The translations under genes and the position numbers were made by a program. A DNA stretch of 64,000 nucleotides. Origin: Octopus vulgaris. Its lineage: Eukaryota. Location: positions 5,146,001 through 5,210,000 of the forward strand of contig OX597835.1 of assembly GCA_951406725.2 (NCBI GenBank), in the 5' to 3' direction. This document shows positions 1 through 13,667 of the stretch, piece after piece (the first letter of the stretch is position 1; every line of letters starts with the position of its first letter). The notes below the pieces were generated by a model. That model made no database searches. It saw only the letters and a list, made by a program, of their open reading frames with translations, and was not told where the DNA came from.

Positions 1-96
1 ATTAAGAAAAAGACTCTGACCATTACACTCTTCCAGAATGGAGAACTTACACCAGGAACCAAGATTTACCGTCTTAATGGTGGGAAGAAATTTAAG
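1..96 (+). CDS. VWDE: Exon 1 (5' truncated by window), unit 1 VWD: [32 protein letters not shown]
   Basis: Donor GT at 97, phase 0; homologous to the ends of exons 18 and 34 ([22 protein letters not shown]). Confidence 0.85.
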
Positions 97-2329
97 GTAT
101 GGTTACACAAAGAATTTCCCTTTCTGTCACTGTCTCACTATATGTGCATGTATGTGTGTGTATATATATGTATGTATATATATGTACGTATATATATATA
201 TAAATGGCAGTGTGTTTGGATGTTTGTGTGAATTTGCAGTCTACACCCGTTAACGAATCCTGATGAAAGTTTTTATACATTTTAAGCCAACATCCAGTTT
301 CTTATTAAGCTCATTGCAGTTTGATAAAAATCTATAATTGGATGGCTAGGGTCCCTAGAAGGCCCCACATTTCTGGAAATTACTGGGTCAGGTAGTGTAT
401 ATATATATATCTATTTATCTATCTATATATATATTATATAATTAGGGCTTAGTAAAATAAATTACTTTGCCACATACTGAACTTAGTAGAAATAGCAGCC
501 CCAAAAAATTTTTTTAGCTATTTCTACTACTTAAAGAAAATTTAAAATTGATTAATTAATTAATTTTACCCTCAATTGTTGATATCTATATATATATATA
601 TATATATATTCATATGTATATATGTATATATATATATATAATTAATAATATCAGGATAATGAAGATTTTAGAAATTCTTACTACCAGTGGCCTAGCATAA
701 AGAAAAATTAGTCAATAGACAATATATTATTCATACAAAATACAGTGTATGTTTAAACACATTAAGAGGTATCCATTATAGGACTCCCTTACGCTAGAAG
801 GAACAGCTAAAGTTCAAACCACTAAATTAGGGATAAAATCACTGTATTCTATATATATATATATACCTAATTATTATGGTTTTCTATTAAAGCTACTCAT
901 ATATATCATCATCATTATTGTACAGCCATTTTATCATGGTACATACATACATGCATATAGATATATGTGTGGAAGAGAAACTGGTCATCTATATATATAT
1001 ATGTAGGTGGCACGTAAAAAGCACCCACTACACTCACGGAGTGGTTGGCATTAGGAAGGGCATCCAGCCGTAGAAACACTGCCAAATCTGACTGGGCCTG
1101 ATGCAGCCTTCTGGCTTCACAGACCCCAGTTGAACCGTCCAACCCATGCCAGCATGGAAAGCGGACGCTAAACGATGATGTATGTATGATGATATATATA
1201 TATATATATATATATGTAAATAAATTCTTCCCACTAGAGGTATAGGAATATTTTTTAACTGGCCACAGCCTTAGGGCTGAAACATATGAAAGCATAAAAG
1301 AATAGCTTTGATTACAGAGTCTCATAAAGCATGGCATAGCCTAACGAAGCACACTGTAAACCATGGGCCACTAAGCTGTATGATTGAACCCACTTTCAAT
1401 AAAATTGTGGGGCAAAGTTTCTAATCCTAAGTCTGAGCAAATTTAAGGATTGTCTAAATTTGAGAAAATAAACCCCGCTTTTTTTTTTTTTTTTTTTTTC
1501 CTTTTTTGATGAGCAGGTTGTTTTACCCATTGGTACTTCTGTGATTGTCGAAAAAAGTAAATCTGGCAGATCTAACTACATTAATGTCTGGGTACAAGCC
1601 TCACCTATTGATTACAAAAACACTGAAGGTAAGTGTAGTACTTTTACTCATATGTTTCCCTTATTCTTATTGCAGCATGGAAGGTGTTTATAAGCCATTT
1701 AAGAAACACACAAAAACCGTTAGATTCACTTCGACATTTAAATTTTAATTTGTCAAAATATTTTCATCGTTTTGAGACCGCGACCTGTTCACTGACAGCA
1801 CGGAATTTTGTTAGCGAACTATTTTGTTGCACGAACCCTTAAAAATCTAATATGGACACTCAGTGGCCTTATGGGCCCCAAATGAGAATCACTGCTCTAG
1901 AATAACTTGAGACTTATGAAAGGAAAACTTTATATTACTCAAAATGTATGAAACACAGAAAAGTTTGAAAATAAACATGGACATTTAGGACAAACATCAT
2001 CATCATCATCATCATCATTTAATGTCCATGTTCTATGCTTGCATTGGTCAGATGGTTTGACAGAATCCAATGAGTTGAAGGACTGAATTGTGCTCCAATG
2101 TCTATTTTGGCATAGATTTCAAAAATTATTGTTGTTTTTCAAATTCACCGTGCAACCCATGCTAGCATGGAAAGCGGACGTTAAACGATGATGATGATGA
2201 TATGAAAATGCTTTGGGCAGACGAAGGGTTGATTTCATATAACAGTATGATAATTTTAGCATAAGCTAATATTATTATTGATTTCACCTTGAAAACATAG
2301 CATTATTTGCTGAAAATCATAGCAATTAA

Positions 2330-2367
<38 letters not shown>

Positions 2368-5075
2368 TTAATGTCCATGTTCTATGCTTGCATTGGTCAG
2401 ATGGTTTGACAGAATCCAATGAGTTGAAGGACTGTATTGTGCTCCAATGTCTATTTTGGCATAGATTTCAAAAATTATTGTGGTTTTTCAAGTTAACATT
2501 TACAATATATTCTTTTATTTTATTCTGTATTTCCATTCTGTATGGCAGGTTTGTGTGGAAACTTCGACAGCATTAAAGATAATGACTATGTAACACCTGA
2601 CTCTAAAGTTCTCTCAATCAAGTCAAAACAACCAAATAAATTCTCCGAAAGCTGGCGGTAATTAAAAACTTTTAATATGCTTTATTTGACTGTTAAGTTT
2701 CCTTTACTAATAATAATGGTAACTGATGAAGAAAGCTGAGATTTCTAAGAAGTGAATCTTTTTTTTTTTTTCGTCAGAGTCAGTAGATGCAGCATGGTAA
2801 AAGCGTAAAGAAATTTGCATCATATTCATACGGTCCAGGGTTCGATCTCAGCATGTTGCCACTTGGTCATGGGTCTTTTACTATAGCTCTGGGTCAACCC
2901 AAGCTTCAGGAGTGAAACCAAGCAGTTAGACAGATTGTAGAAGAAATTCAAAAGTCTAGTCTTGTCACACACTGCATCAGATTGGTTCTGCTTGAGGATT
3001 ATGTGTCGGAGGAATACTCAGCCGCGTATGAATTACTTCAGTGAGCAGGAAGTAGTTCAGTGGATTGAACAAGTGAATATTCATTGTAGAAATTGATGAA
3101 GATCGTTTTCTGTTTGAACTGAGTTTGTTATTTATTATTGGTTATTTATTAGGGTTTTGAAATTTCTTTAGCAAACAATATTATTTGCCATCCTTTAATA
3201 GGTAATTTAGCAAAACAATATTATTGCAAGGCGAATTTCTCATCAGTAACCGGCCTCAATATCTAACTTATAATTCAAAGACAAGAACACGTGTCCCGCC
3301 ATTATATGTTATAATTTTTCAAAATATATATATATATAATGAGCTTTTTCCAGTTTCCATCTACCAAATACACTCACAAGAAGACACTTGCCCAAGGTGC
3401 CACATAGTGGGACTGAACCCATAACAGTGTAACTAAGAAGCAAGCTTCTTACCACACAGCCATGCTTACTATAGTAAATATAGTAAAATCTGCAATGTTG
3501 CTTTTTCCAATGTTTACTTTGCCCTCAGTGAAGTGGTGCTGAAGTATTCAATGTTGTTTGGCTCAAAAGTTTGTTGAGTCACAAACTCTAAATTAGTCCA
3601 AATCAAATTGATCTTTAGCCCAATCGTTAACCAATCAATTGATTGATTAATTAGTTTTTGTCTTTCTTTTGTTTATCTTCAGAGTTTCAGCAAAGGATAC
3701 TCTCTATAATGGTTTCTGTGGAATCGATGACGATGAAATGAAGCATCCAGTTTTCTGTGACTGCAAGAAAGAGAAATCATCATGCTTAGCAAATTTGAAT
3801 CTTCAAACATGTGACAAACTCCGCAGCAAAAACAACAACAAAAAAGGATCAAAAGGTAATTCCAATTAATATTTTAAAAGTATTTATTTATTGAAACATC
3901 AAAAGCTTTTCTGGGTATTGATTGATGAACTCATGATATAAAGGTTCATTAAAACATAAAACAGGAATTTGGCTGCATCTTGCTGCAGCTGCAGGATTGG
4001 CAAAAATCATTAAAGCATAGAACAAAATGTCTTGTGGTATTTGTTCCAGCTCTTTACATTCTGAGTTCAAATATTGCTATGATTAACTTTGACTTTCATC
4101 CTTCCAATGTCAATAAACCAATGTACCAATCAAGTGGAAGCACTCCGTCGGTTACGACGACGAGGATTCCGGTTGATCCAACCAACAGAAGAGCCTGCTC
4201 GTGAAATTAATGTGTAAGTGGCTGAGCACTCCACAGACACGTGCACCCTTAACATAGTTCTTGGGGATATTCAGCATGACACAGAGAGTGACAAGGCCGG
4301 CCCTTTGAAATACAGGTACAACAGAAACAAGAAGAAAGAGTGAGAGAAAGTTGTGGTGAAAGAGTACAGCAGGGATCACCACCATCCCCTGCCGGAGCCT
4401 CGTGGAGCTTTAGGTGTTTTTGCTCAATAAACACTCACAATGCCCGGTCTGGGAATCGAAACTGCGATCTTACAACTGCGAGTCCGCTGCCCTAACCACT
4501 GGGCCATTGCGCCTCCACAACCAATCAAGTACTGAGGTCTGTTCAATTGAATAGTTTAATCCTTCTTGGAAACATTGGTCTTGCTCCAAAAGTTTTGGCT
4601 AAAAGACAATTTTTGGAACAGGACACGAGATTCTGTATGCCACAGTTCACCTAGTTGTCAAAAACAGGTATAAGAACTTCAATGAAACATGTTTGCCTTA
4701 TCAAAAAATTCTGGCTTATCCCCATTACTGAGCCTTGTAGTTTCTTACCCCTTTTAATTAAATCAACTTTCCCATGTACGGGAGGCCGTGGAAAGGTCTG
4801 TCTATTCAATAAACTGGTTTCATTAACCAACAATAAATTTCTTTTCCTGGTTTCATATCCCAATTGAAAGTCATTTGGAACGGAATAATTATATTAATTG
4901 AGTAGTTATACATTTTATGCTGCAGTCCCTTAAAGTTTGCAATATAGTTCATAGACCTTCAGAGTTGGTGCATGTGATCTGGGGACCACAGTCAACCAGA
5001 ACACAAATGCCACTTGCACTTTTGTCAAATACACTCAATTTTCTGCCAAGCCATTAAATAATTTCTTTTTTGTTT

Positions 5076-5115
<40 letters not shown>

Positions 5116-8100
5116 TTCCAAATTTTTCCACAAGGGCAACAATTTTGGGAGGGGGGATGAGTCGATTACATTGACCCCAGTGTTCGACTGGTACTTATTT
5201 TACTGACTCTGAAAGGATGAAAGGTAAAGTTGACCTTGGTGAAATTTGAGTTCAGAACGTAAAGACAGACCAAATTCCGCTTAGCATTTCATTCAGTGTG
5301 CTAACATTTCTGCCAGCTCACTTCCTAATAATAATAATCCTTTCTAAATATACTTTTCTACACTAGGCACAAGGCCCAAAATTTTTGGAGAGGGGCCCAG
5401 TCAATTAGATCGACCCCCAATACACAACTGGTACTTAATTTATTGACCCCCAACAAGATGAAAGGCAGAATCGACCTCAGCAGAATTTGGACTCAGAATG
5501 TAAAGAGAGACGAAATGCCACTAAGCATTTCGCCTGGCATGCTAGTGTTTCTTATTTCTTTATTGCCCACAAGGGGCTATGCATAGAGGGGACACACAAG
5601 GACAGACAAAGGTATTAAGTCGATTACTTCGACCCCAGTGCATAACTGGTACTTAATTTATTGACTCTGAAAGGATGAAAGACAAAGTCAACCTCGGCGG
5701 AATTTGAGCTCAGAACGTAACAGCAGACGAAATATTGCTAAACATTTCGCCCAGCATGCTAACGTTTCTGCCCACTTGCCACCCTATAGGCAGAAAGCCT
5801 GAAGTTTTGTGGGGAGGGGTTAGTTGATTCAATCGACCCCAGTACTTGACAGGTACTTATTTCATCAACCCTGAAAAGATGAAAGACAAAGTTCATCTAA
5901 GTGAGATCGCAATTGTTAGCACACCAGGTAAAATACTTAGTGGCATTCCATCTGTCTTTGCAGCCTGAGTTCAAATTCCTCTGAGATCAACTTCGCTTTT
6001 CATCCTTCCAGGGTCAATAAAATAGGTATGAGTTGAGGTCCTGGGTCAATGAAATCGATTTACTCCCTCCCCCAAAATTTCTGGCCTTGTGCCAAAATTT
6101 GAATGACAATGATATTAATAATTATAATAATAATGATGACAATGGTAATGTTTGTAGTCATTGTAATAATGGTAAACAATGGTGATGATGTTGATGATGA
6201 TTGTGATATAATTTTAATTAATTACTTACGAATACATTCCCTTTTTAATCGTTATTCTGTAGTGAAAGATGTAACAGAAGTTGTCATGGAAACAATGATG
6301 GAAAGTCCACCCAAGAAATGCATTACAGGAAATGTGACCACCAATTTTGAATTCAATGCCACATTCATTCCACAAGTAAGTAGAATATTTGATATTTTTA
6401 CTTAGATGGTTTTCGTTTTTTTTTTGATATACCTGCCTTTATTTTCTCATTTTATATCAAGACATATGTAAGTGCAGGCATGGCAGTTTGGCAAGAGGTG
6501 GCGAGCTGGCAGAAATGTTAGCACGCCATGCGAAATGCTTAGTGGTATTTCGTCTGCCGCTACGTTCTGAGTTCAAATTCCACTGAGATCGACTTAGCCT
6601 TTCATCCTTTCGGGGTCGATTAAATAAGTACCAGTTATGCACTGGGGTCAAAGTAATCGACTTAATCCCTTTGTCTGTCCTTGTTTGTCCCCTGTATGTT
6701 TAGCCCCTTGTAGGCAATAAAGAAATAAGAAGCTTGCTTCCCAACTACATGGTTTCACTTGCCCAAGTGTCCTCTACTATAACCTCGGGCTGACCAAAGC
6801 CTTGTGGGTGGATTTGGAAGACACAAAGGCTACTATATCTGGCCTTTGGTGCTCTAACACCTTGTCTGTCTGGCAGTCAAAATCCCAGAGGATTTTTGCC
6901 TTCCCCTTTTCGTCCATTACCTTTTCTGGTGTCTATTGGTACTATGCCCCCGTTGCCTCATATCCATACTTCCAGCATAGTAGCTAGAGAGGTTTGGGTC
7001 TACTTTGTGATGCCTGTACTTGTACCCTTTCTGCACAAGACTTTCACAAGCACTGACAATGTGAGCCATGCTTTGGGCCCTCTTCCCAAACATCCTGCAG
7101 AGGTTCATTGCACTTGTGTGGTATATTTCCACATGGTTATTATTATTAAGGTAGTAAGCAGGCAGAATTGTTAGCAAGCTGGACAAAATACTTTGTGGCA
7201 TTTCTTTCAGCTTTATGTTTAGTGTTCAAATTCCACTGACCTCAATGAAAGAAGCTCAAAGCAGTCACTGAAGAAAACAAAACAGGATGGTCACAGGTGG
7301 AATGCTATTGACTAGAGATTTTACTGGGAAGCTAAGATTGCAACAATAATGATTAAAACATATAACTTAATTTTGTTTTTCTTATATTATCTCTTTCTTT
7401 ATGGAAAATATAATTAAGGTTTTTCTGGAAAACACATCAATAATTTTTATTTTATTTTATTTTATTTTATTTTTTGCTATAGGAATTGAAGTGGCCAACT
7501 GAGTCTGGTATCACTGAAAAGATTGCAACTGAAAAATGCCAAGGTTTCATAAAAAATAAGACCTCTACCAAGGCTTGCTTAGATGTACTTCCCAATTCTG
7601 ATTTGGTAGCAACTGTTGATTCCTGCGTCACTGATATACAGGTGAAGTTGCATAAATTCTGTTTAGATAATTTCATGACATTCCAATAAGCACATTCACA
7701 CAGGCACAGAGAGTCTCACATACATATAGTCATGGAACCTAGGTCGGGAAAATTAGAATTTTTACATTAGAGGCACAAAGCTATATTTAATTTGCTATAG
7801 ATAGTATTACTTGGTCAAAAGTTTTGGAACATGGGTCTGAGAATTTTTTCTTCTAGATATTAAACCATTGGATCAGTTATTAAGTATGTATATCTCTACA
7901 TTGTACATATTTGAATCACATTGTACTTGGGCATAACAATTTTAATTTTTTAAAAAATGTTCCAAACTTTTGGCCTTGACTGTACATACACCCATGAACA
8001 TACATATACAGGCATGTCAGTGACTACATGTTCATGTATATATGAAAACACATCACTTTCAGGTGGGCCAGTCCTGTATTCACTTCTTCAGCAAATCACT

Positions 8101-11100
8101 TACTCCTCTCTCTCTCTCTCTCACTCTGTCATAGTTTCTTATTCATCCATTCTATACCCTGCTCAGTTGAGAGGTCCTATCTTACAGGTACTTTTGTGTC
8201 CTCACCAGTGTTGGTGCCATGTAAAAAGCACCCACTACACTCTGTTAAGTGGTTGGTTGTTAGTAAAGGCATCGAGTTGTAGAAACAATGCCAAAGCGGG
8301 CATTGAACCTGGTGGAGCCCTCTGGCTCATTTGTTCATGTTGAACTATCCAACCCATGCCACCATGGGAAAAGGATGTTAAATGATGATGATGATGATAT
8401 ATATACAAGCACACATCATCTTTTATCATTTAGCATCCACTTTCCATGCTAGCATGGGTTGGACGATTTGACTGAGGACTGGCGAACCAGATGGCTGCAC
8501 CAGGCTCCAATCTTGATCTGGCAGAGTTTCTACAGCTGGATGACCCTCCTAACGCTGACTATGCTGAGAGTGAAGTGGGTGCTTTTACGTGCCACCAGCA
8601 CAAGGGCCAGTCAGGCAGTACTGGCAATAGCCATGCTCAAATGGTATTTTTTCCATGCCATCTGTACAGTAGTCAGTACAGCGGCACTGGCACCGACCTC
8701 GCTCGAATGTTTTGTTCATGTGCCACCGGCACAAGTGCCAGTGAGGCGATGCACATATATTTATATTCATACATATGCACCTATTTATATTCGTATATGT
8801 GTACTAACATATACACATATACAAACACACACGTTCATACATGCACACACACACACATACAAGCAGATGTGCTTATGCCTACACATTCAAGTTTGTAAAC
8901 AGTCAGCTATAGTGATAGTGCTTGTTGTTGTAGTTTTGTATTTCAAACCTATTTTACTCTAAATATTATATTCCAGATTATGGACAACTTTATGTGGGTT
9001 GATGAAGCTTTACAGAATTATCTTCAGTTATGCCTCATTGAAGTAGACACCAATATTGAACTGTGGAAAAACGATTCTTCAAATGGCACTGACAAATCCA
9101 TAGCAGAAATAATTCAGGACAATATTTGTCCAAGTGAATGTAATGATCAAGGAAAATGTGTTGAAGGTAATTCATTAATTCTTTCTCTTCCCTCTAATTA
9201 TCTAATGATTGGATTCATTAATTACCTGTATTTAACTATTTTACCATTTCTAAAATTTATTTCAGAATTTTAATAGAATTAATTTTGTCAATTTGACCAA
9301 TTTTAGCACAAGTTCTTGGTGCATGGCTCAGTGGTTTGAGCAACAGGCTCACAGTCATGAGGTAGTGAGTTCAGTTTCTCAACCAGGCTGTGTGTCGTTC
9401 TTGAGTAAGACATTTTATTTCATGTTACTGCTGTTCATTCGGTTGTAGAAATGAGTTGCAACATCACTGGTGCCAAGCTGTATTGCCCTTTGCCTTTCTC
9501 TTGGATAACATCAGTGGCACGAAGAAGGGAGGCATGGAGTGTATGGGTGACTGTTTGTCTCTATAAACAAATTTGTCTGGACTTGTTTACATCTTTGTTT
9601 ACAGATACATAAAGCAAGCATAAAGCGACACACCATAAACACAAACAGACACAACATAAAGAGGCAACATAAAGATACCCTCACATAAACAGAGCGTGGG
9701 AAAGAGAGAGAAACATGGCCTAAACATGGGTGCACAACATACAGACACAGCATAAACATAGAGACATGACATAGGGACACTGCATAAACATGGAGGAGCA
9801 ACATAGACACAGCATAACCATAGAGGTACAGGATAGACACAGCATAAACATGGGTGGCACAACATAGATACAGCATAAACATGGGTGGCACAACATAGAC
9901 ACAGCATAAACATGGAGGAGCAACATAAACACTGCATAAACATGGGTGGCACAACATAAACACTGCATAAACATGGGTGGCACAACATAGACACAGCATA
10001 AACATGGAGGAGCAACATAGACACAGCATAAACATGGAGGAGCAACATAGACACAGCATAAACATGGAGGAGCAACATAGACACAGCATAAACATGGGTG
10101 GCACAACATAGACACAGCATAAACATGGGTGGCACAACATAGACACAGCATAAACATGGGTGGCACAACATAGATAGACACAGCATAAACATGGGTGGCA
10201 CAACATAGACACAGCATAAACATGGGTGGCACAACATAGACACAGCATAAACATGGAGGAGCAACATAGACACAGCATAAACATGGAGGAGCAACATAGA
10301 CACAGCATAAACATGGAGGAGCAACATAGACACAGCATAAACATGGGTGGCACAACATAGACACAGCATAAACATGGAGGAGCAACATAGACACAGCATA
10401 AACATGGAGGAGCAACATAGACACTGCATAAACATGGAGGAGCAACATAGACACAGCATAAACATGGAGGAGCAACATAGACACAGCATAAACATGGGTG
10501 GCACAACATAGACACAGCATAAACATGGGTGGCACAACATAGACACAGCATAAACATGGGTGGCACAACATAGACACAACATAAACATGGGTGGCACAAC
10601 ATAGACACAGCATAAACATGGGTGGCACAACATAGACACAGCATAAACATGGGTGGCACAACATAGACACAGCATAAACATGGGTGGCACAACATAGACA
10701 CAGCATAAACATGGGTGGCACAACATAGACACAGCATAAACATGGGTGGCACAACATAGACACAGCATAACCATAGAGGTACAGGATAGACACAGCATAA
10801 ACATGGGTGGCACAACATAGACACAGCATAAACATGGGTGGCACAACATAGACACAGCATAAACATGGGTGGCACAACATAGACACAGCATAAACATGGG
10901 TGGCACAACATAAACACAGCATAAACATGGGTGGCACAACATAGACACAGCATAAACATGGGTGGCACAACATAGACACAGCATAAACATGGGTGGCACA
11001 ACATAGACACAGCATAAACATGGGTGGCACGACATAAACACAGCATAAACATGGGTGGCACAACATAGACACAGCATAACCATAGAGGTACAGGATAGAC

Positions 11101-13316
11101 ACAGCATAAACATGGGTGGCACAACATTGATACAGCATAAACATGGGTGGCACAACATAGACACAGCATAAACATGGGTGGCACAACATAGACACAGCAT
11201 AAACATGGGTGGCACAACATAGATACAGCATAAACATGGGTGGCACAACATAGATACAGCATAAACATGGGTGGCACAACATAGACACAGCATAAACATG
11301 GGTGGCACAACATAGACACAGCATAAACATGGGTGGCACAACATAAACACAGCATAAACATGGGTGGCACAACATAGACACAGCATAAACATGGGTGGCA
11401 CAACATAGACACAGCATAAACATGGGTGGCACAACATAGACACAGCATAAACATGGGTGGCACAACATAAACACTGCATAAACATGGGTGGCACAACATA
11501 GACACAGCATAAACATGGGTGGCACAACATAGACACAGCATAACCATAGAGGTACAGGATAGACACAGCATAAACATGGGTGGCACAACATAGACACAGC
11601 ATAAACATGGGTGGCACAACATAAACACAGCATAAACATGGGTGGCACAACATAGACACAGCATAAACATGGGTGGCACAACATAGACACAGCATAAACA
11701 TGGGTGGCACAACATAGACACAGCATAAACATGGGTGGCACAACATAAACACAGCATAAACATGGGTGGCACAACATAGACACAGCATAACCATAGAGGT
11801 ACAGGATAGACACAGCATAAACATGGGTGGCACAACATAGATACAGCATAAACATGGGTGGCACAACATAGACACAGCATAAACATGGGTGGCACAACAT
11901 AGACACAGCATAAACATGGGTGGCACAACATAGATACAGCATAAACATGGGTGGCACAACATAGATACAGCATAAACATGGGTGGCACAACATAGACACA
12001 GCATAAACATGGGTGGCACAACATAGACACAGCATAAACATGGGTGGCACAACATAAACACAGCATAAACATGGGTGGCACAACATAGACACAGCATAAA
12101 CATGGGTGGCACAACATAGACACAGCATAAACATGGGTGGCACAACATAGACACAGCATAAACATGGGTGGCACAACATAGACACTGCATAAACATGGGT
12201 GGCACAACATAGACACAGCATAAACATGGGTGGCACAACATAGACACAGCATAAACATGGGTGGCACAACATAGACACAGCATAAACATGGGTGGCACAA
12301 CATAGACACAGCATAAACATGGGTGGCACAACATAGACACAGCATAAACATGGGTGGCACAACATAGACACAGCATAAACATGGGTGGCACAACATAGAC
12401 ACAGCATAAACGTGGGTGGCACAACATAGACACAGCATAAACATGGGTGGCACAACATAGACACAGCATAAACATGGGTGGCACAACATAGACACAGCAT
12501 AAACATGGGTGGCACAACATAGACACAGCATAAACATGGGTGGCACAACATAGACACAGCATAAACATGGGTGGCACAACACAAGGACAACATAAACATG
12601 GAGGCACAACATAGAGACACGGTTACTGAAATTGAATTCCACTCTTAAGTTGTCTTTGGTCAGTTAAAGTCTATGGCAGAAAGCAGCTAGCCAAGTTGAG
12701 AACAAACTGGGAAACCATGTGGTTGCAAAGCGAACATCTTTATTATTTTTTGTATAGGACTTTTTGTGTAGGACTTAAAGGTAACTGTAAAGAAATCAAA
12801 ATTTTTTATTCTTCAGGTATCTGTGTATGTGATGGCCAATTTGAGGGTGTTGACTGTTCTATAAGCAAAATCAAAGGACCTACAGTATCTGAGTTGAAAA
12901 AGAAATTTTGTGACACAAAAATATATAAATGTGACAAAGCAATTGTCTTTGGAGAGAACTTCTTAGACAGTTCCAGTTTAACTTGTCATTTGAAAATTCA
13001 AAATGTAAGTATTTCATAATGACTTAAATTTTTCCTAATTTCTTAAATTTTTCATTTTTGCCATCTAAACATATTGGCCTTAAAATTCCAAACGATATTT
13101 GATTTGTAATGACTTTCACTGTGAAGGACTTATTAAAAATCTTGTTTTCTAAATTATATATATATTGCCATGTTGTACCGCTGAACTCTACACAGTTTTT
13201 CTCTCTGTGTTTTTTTTTTTCATTATCTCTCCTTTTTTTTGTTTTAAATCCTTTCTGTCAAAGAGCATAGGCTTTCCTACACCTGTATTTGTCTTTTATT
13301 TCCTGTAAATTTGAGC

Positions 13317-13364
<48 letters not shown>

Positions 13365-13529
13365 GGCGCAGGAGTGGCTGTGTGGTAAGTGGCTTGCTTA
13401 CCAACCACATGGTTCTGAGTTCAGTCCCACTGTGTGGCACCTTGGGCAAGTGTCTTCTACTATAGCCTCGGGTCGACCAAAGCCTTGTGAGTGAATTTGG
13501 TAGACGGAAACTGAAAGAAGCCCGTTGTG

Positions 13530-13588
<59 letters not shown>

Positions 13589-13606
13589 AGAGAGAGAGAG
13601 AGAGAG

Positions 13607-13667
<61 letters not shown>

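Noticed and set aside
2722-2755. CTGATGA followed by a short hairpin (similar cases at ~261, ~3240 and ~60217)
   Set aside because: They lack a correctly placed GAAA, stem III and stem I, so they are not hammerheads.
9600-12620. CRISPR-like ~30-bp periodicity
   Set aside because: Units are head-to-tail with no unique spacers, no cas genes are present, and the context is a eukaryotic intron.
9511-12642. Three overlapping ~1,000-aa Cys-rich ORFs on the minus strand
   Set aside because: They are translations of a 31-bp unit that lacks stops. Because 31 is not a multiple of 3, all frames give the same cycling peptide. The array sits in an intron of the + strand gene.
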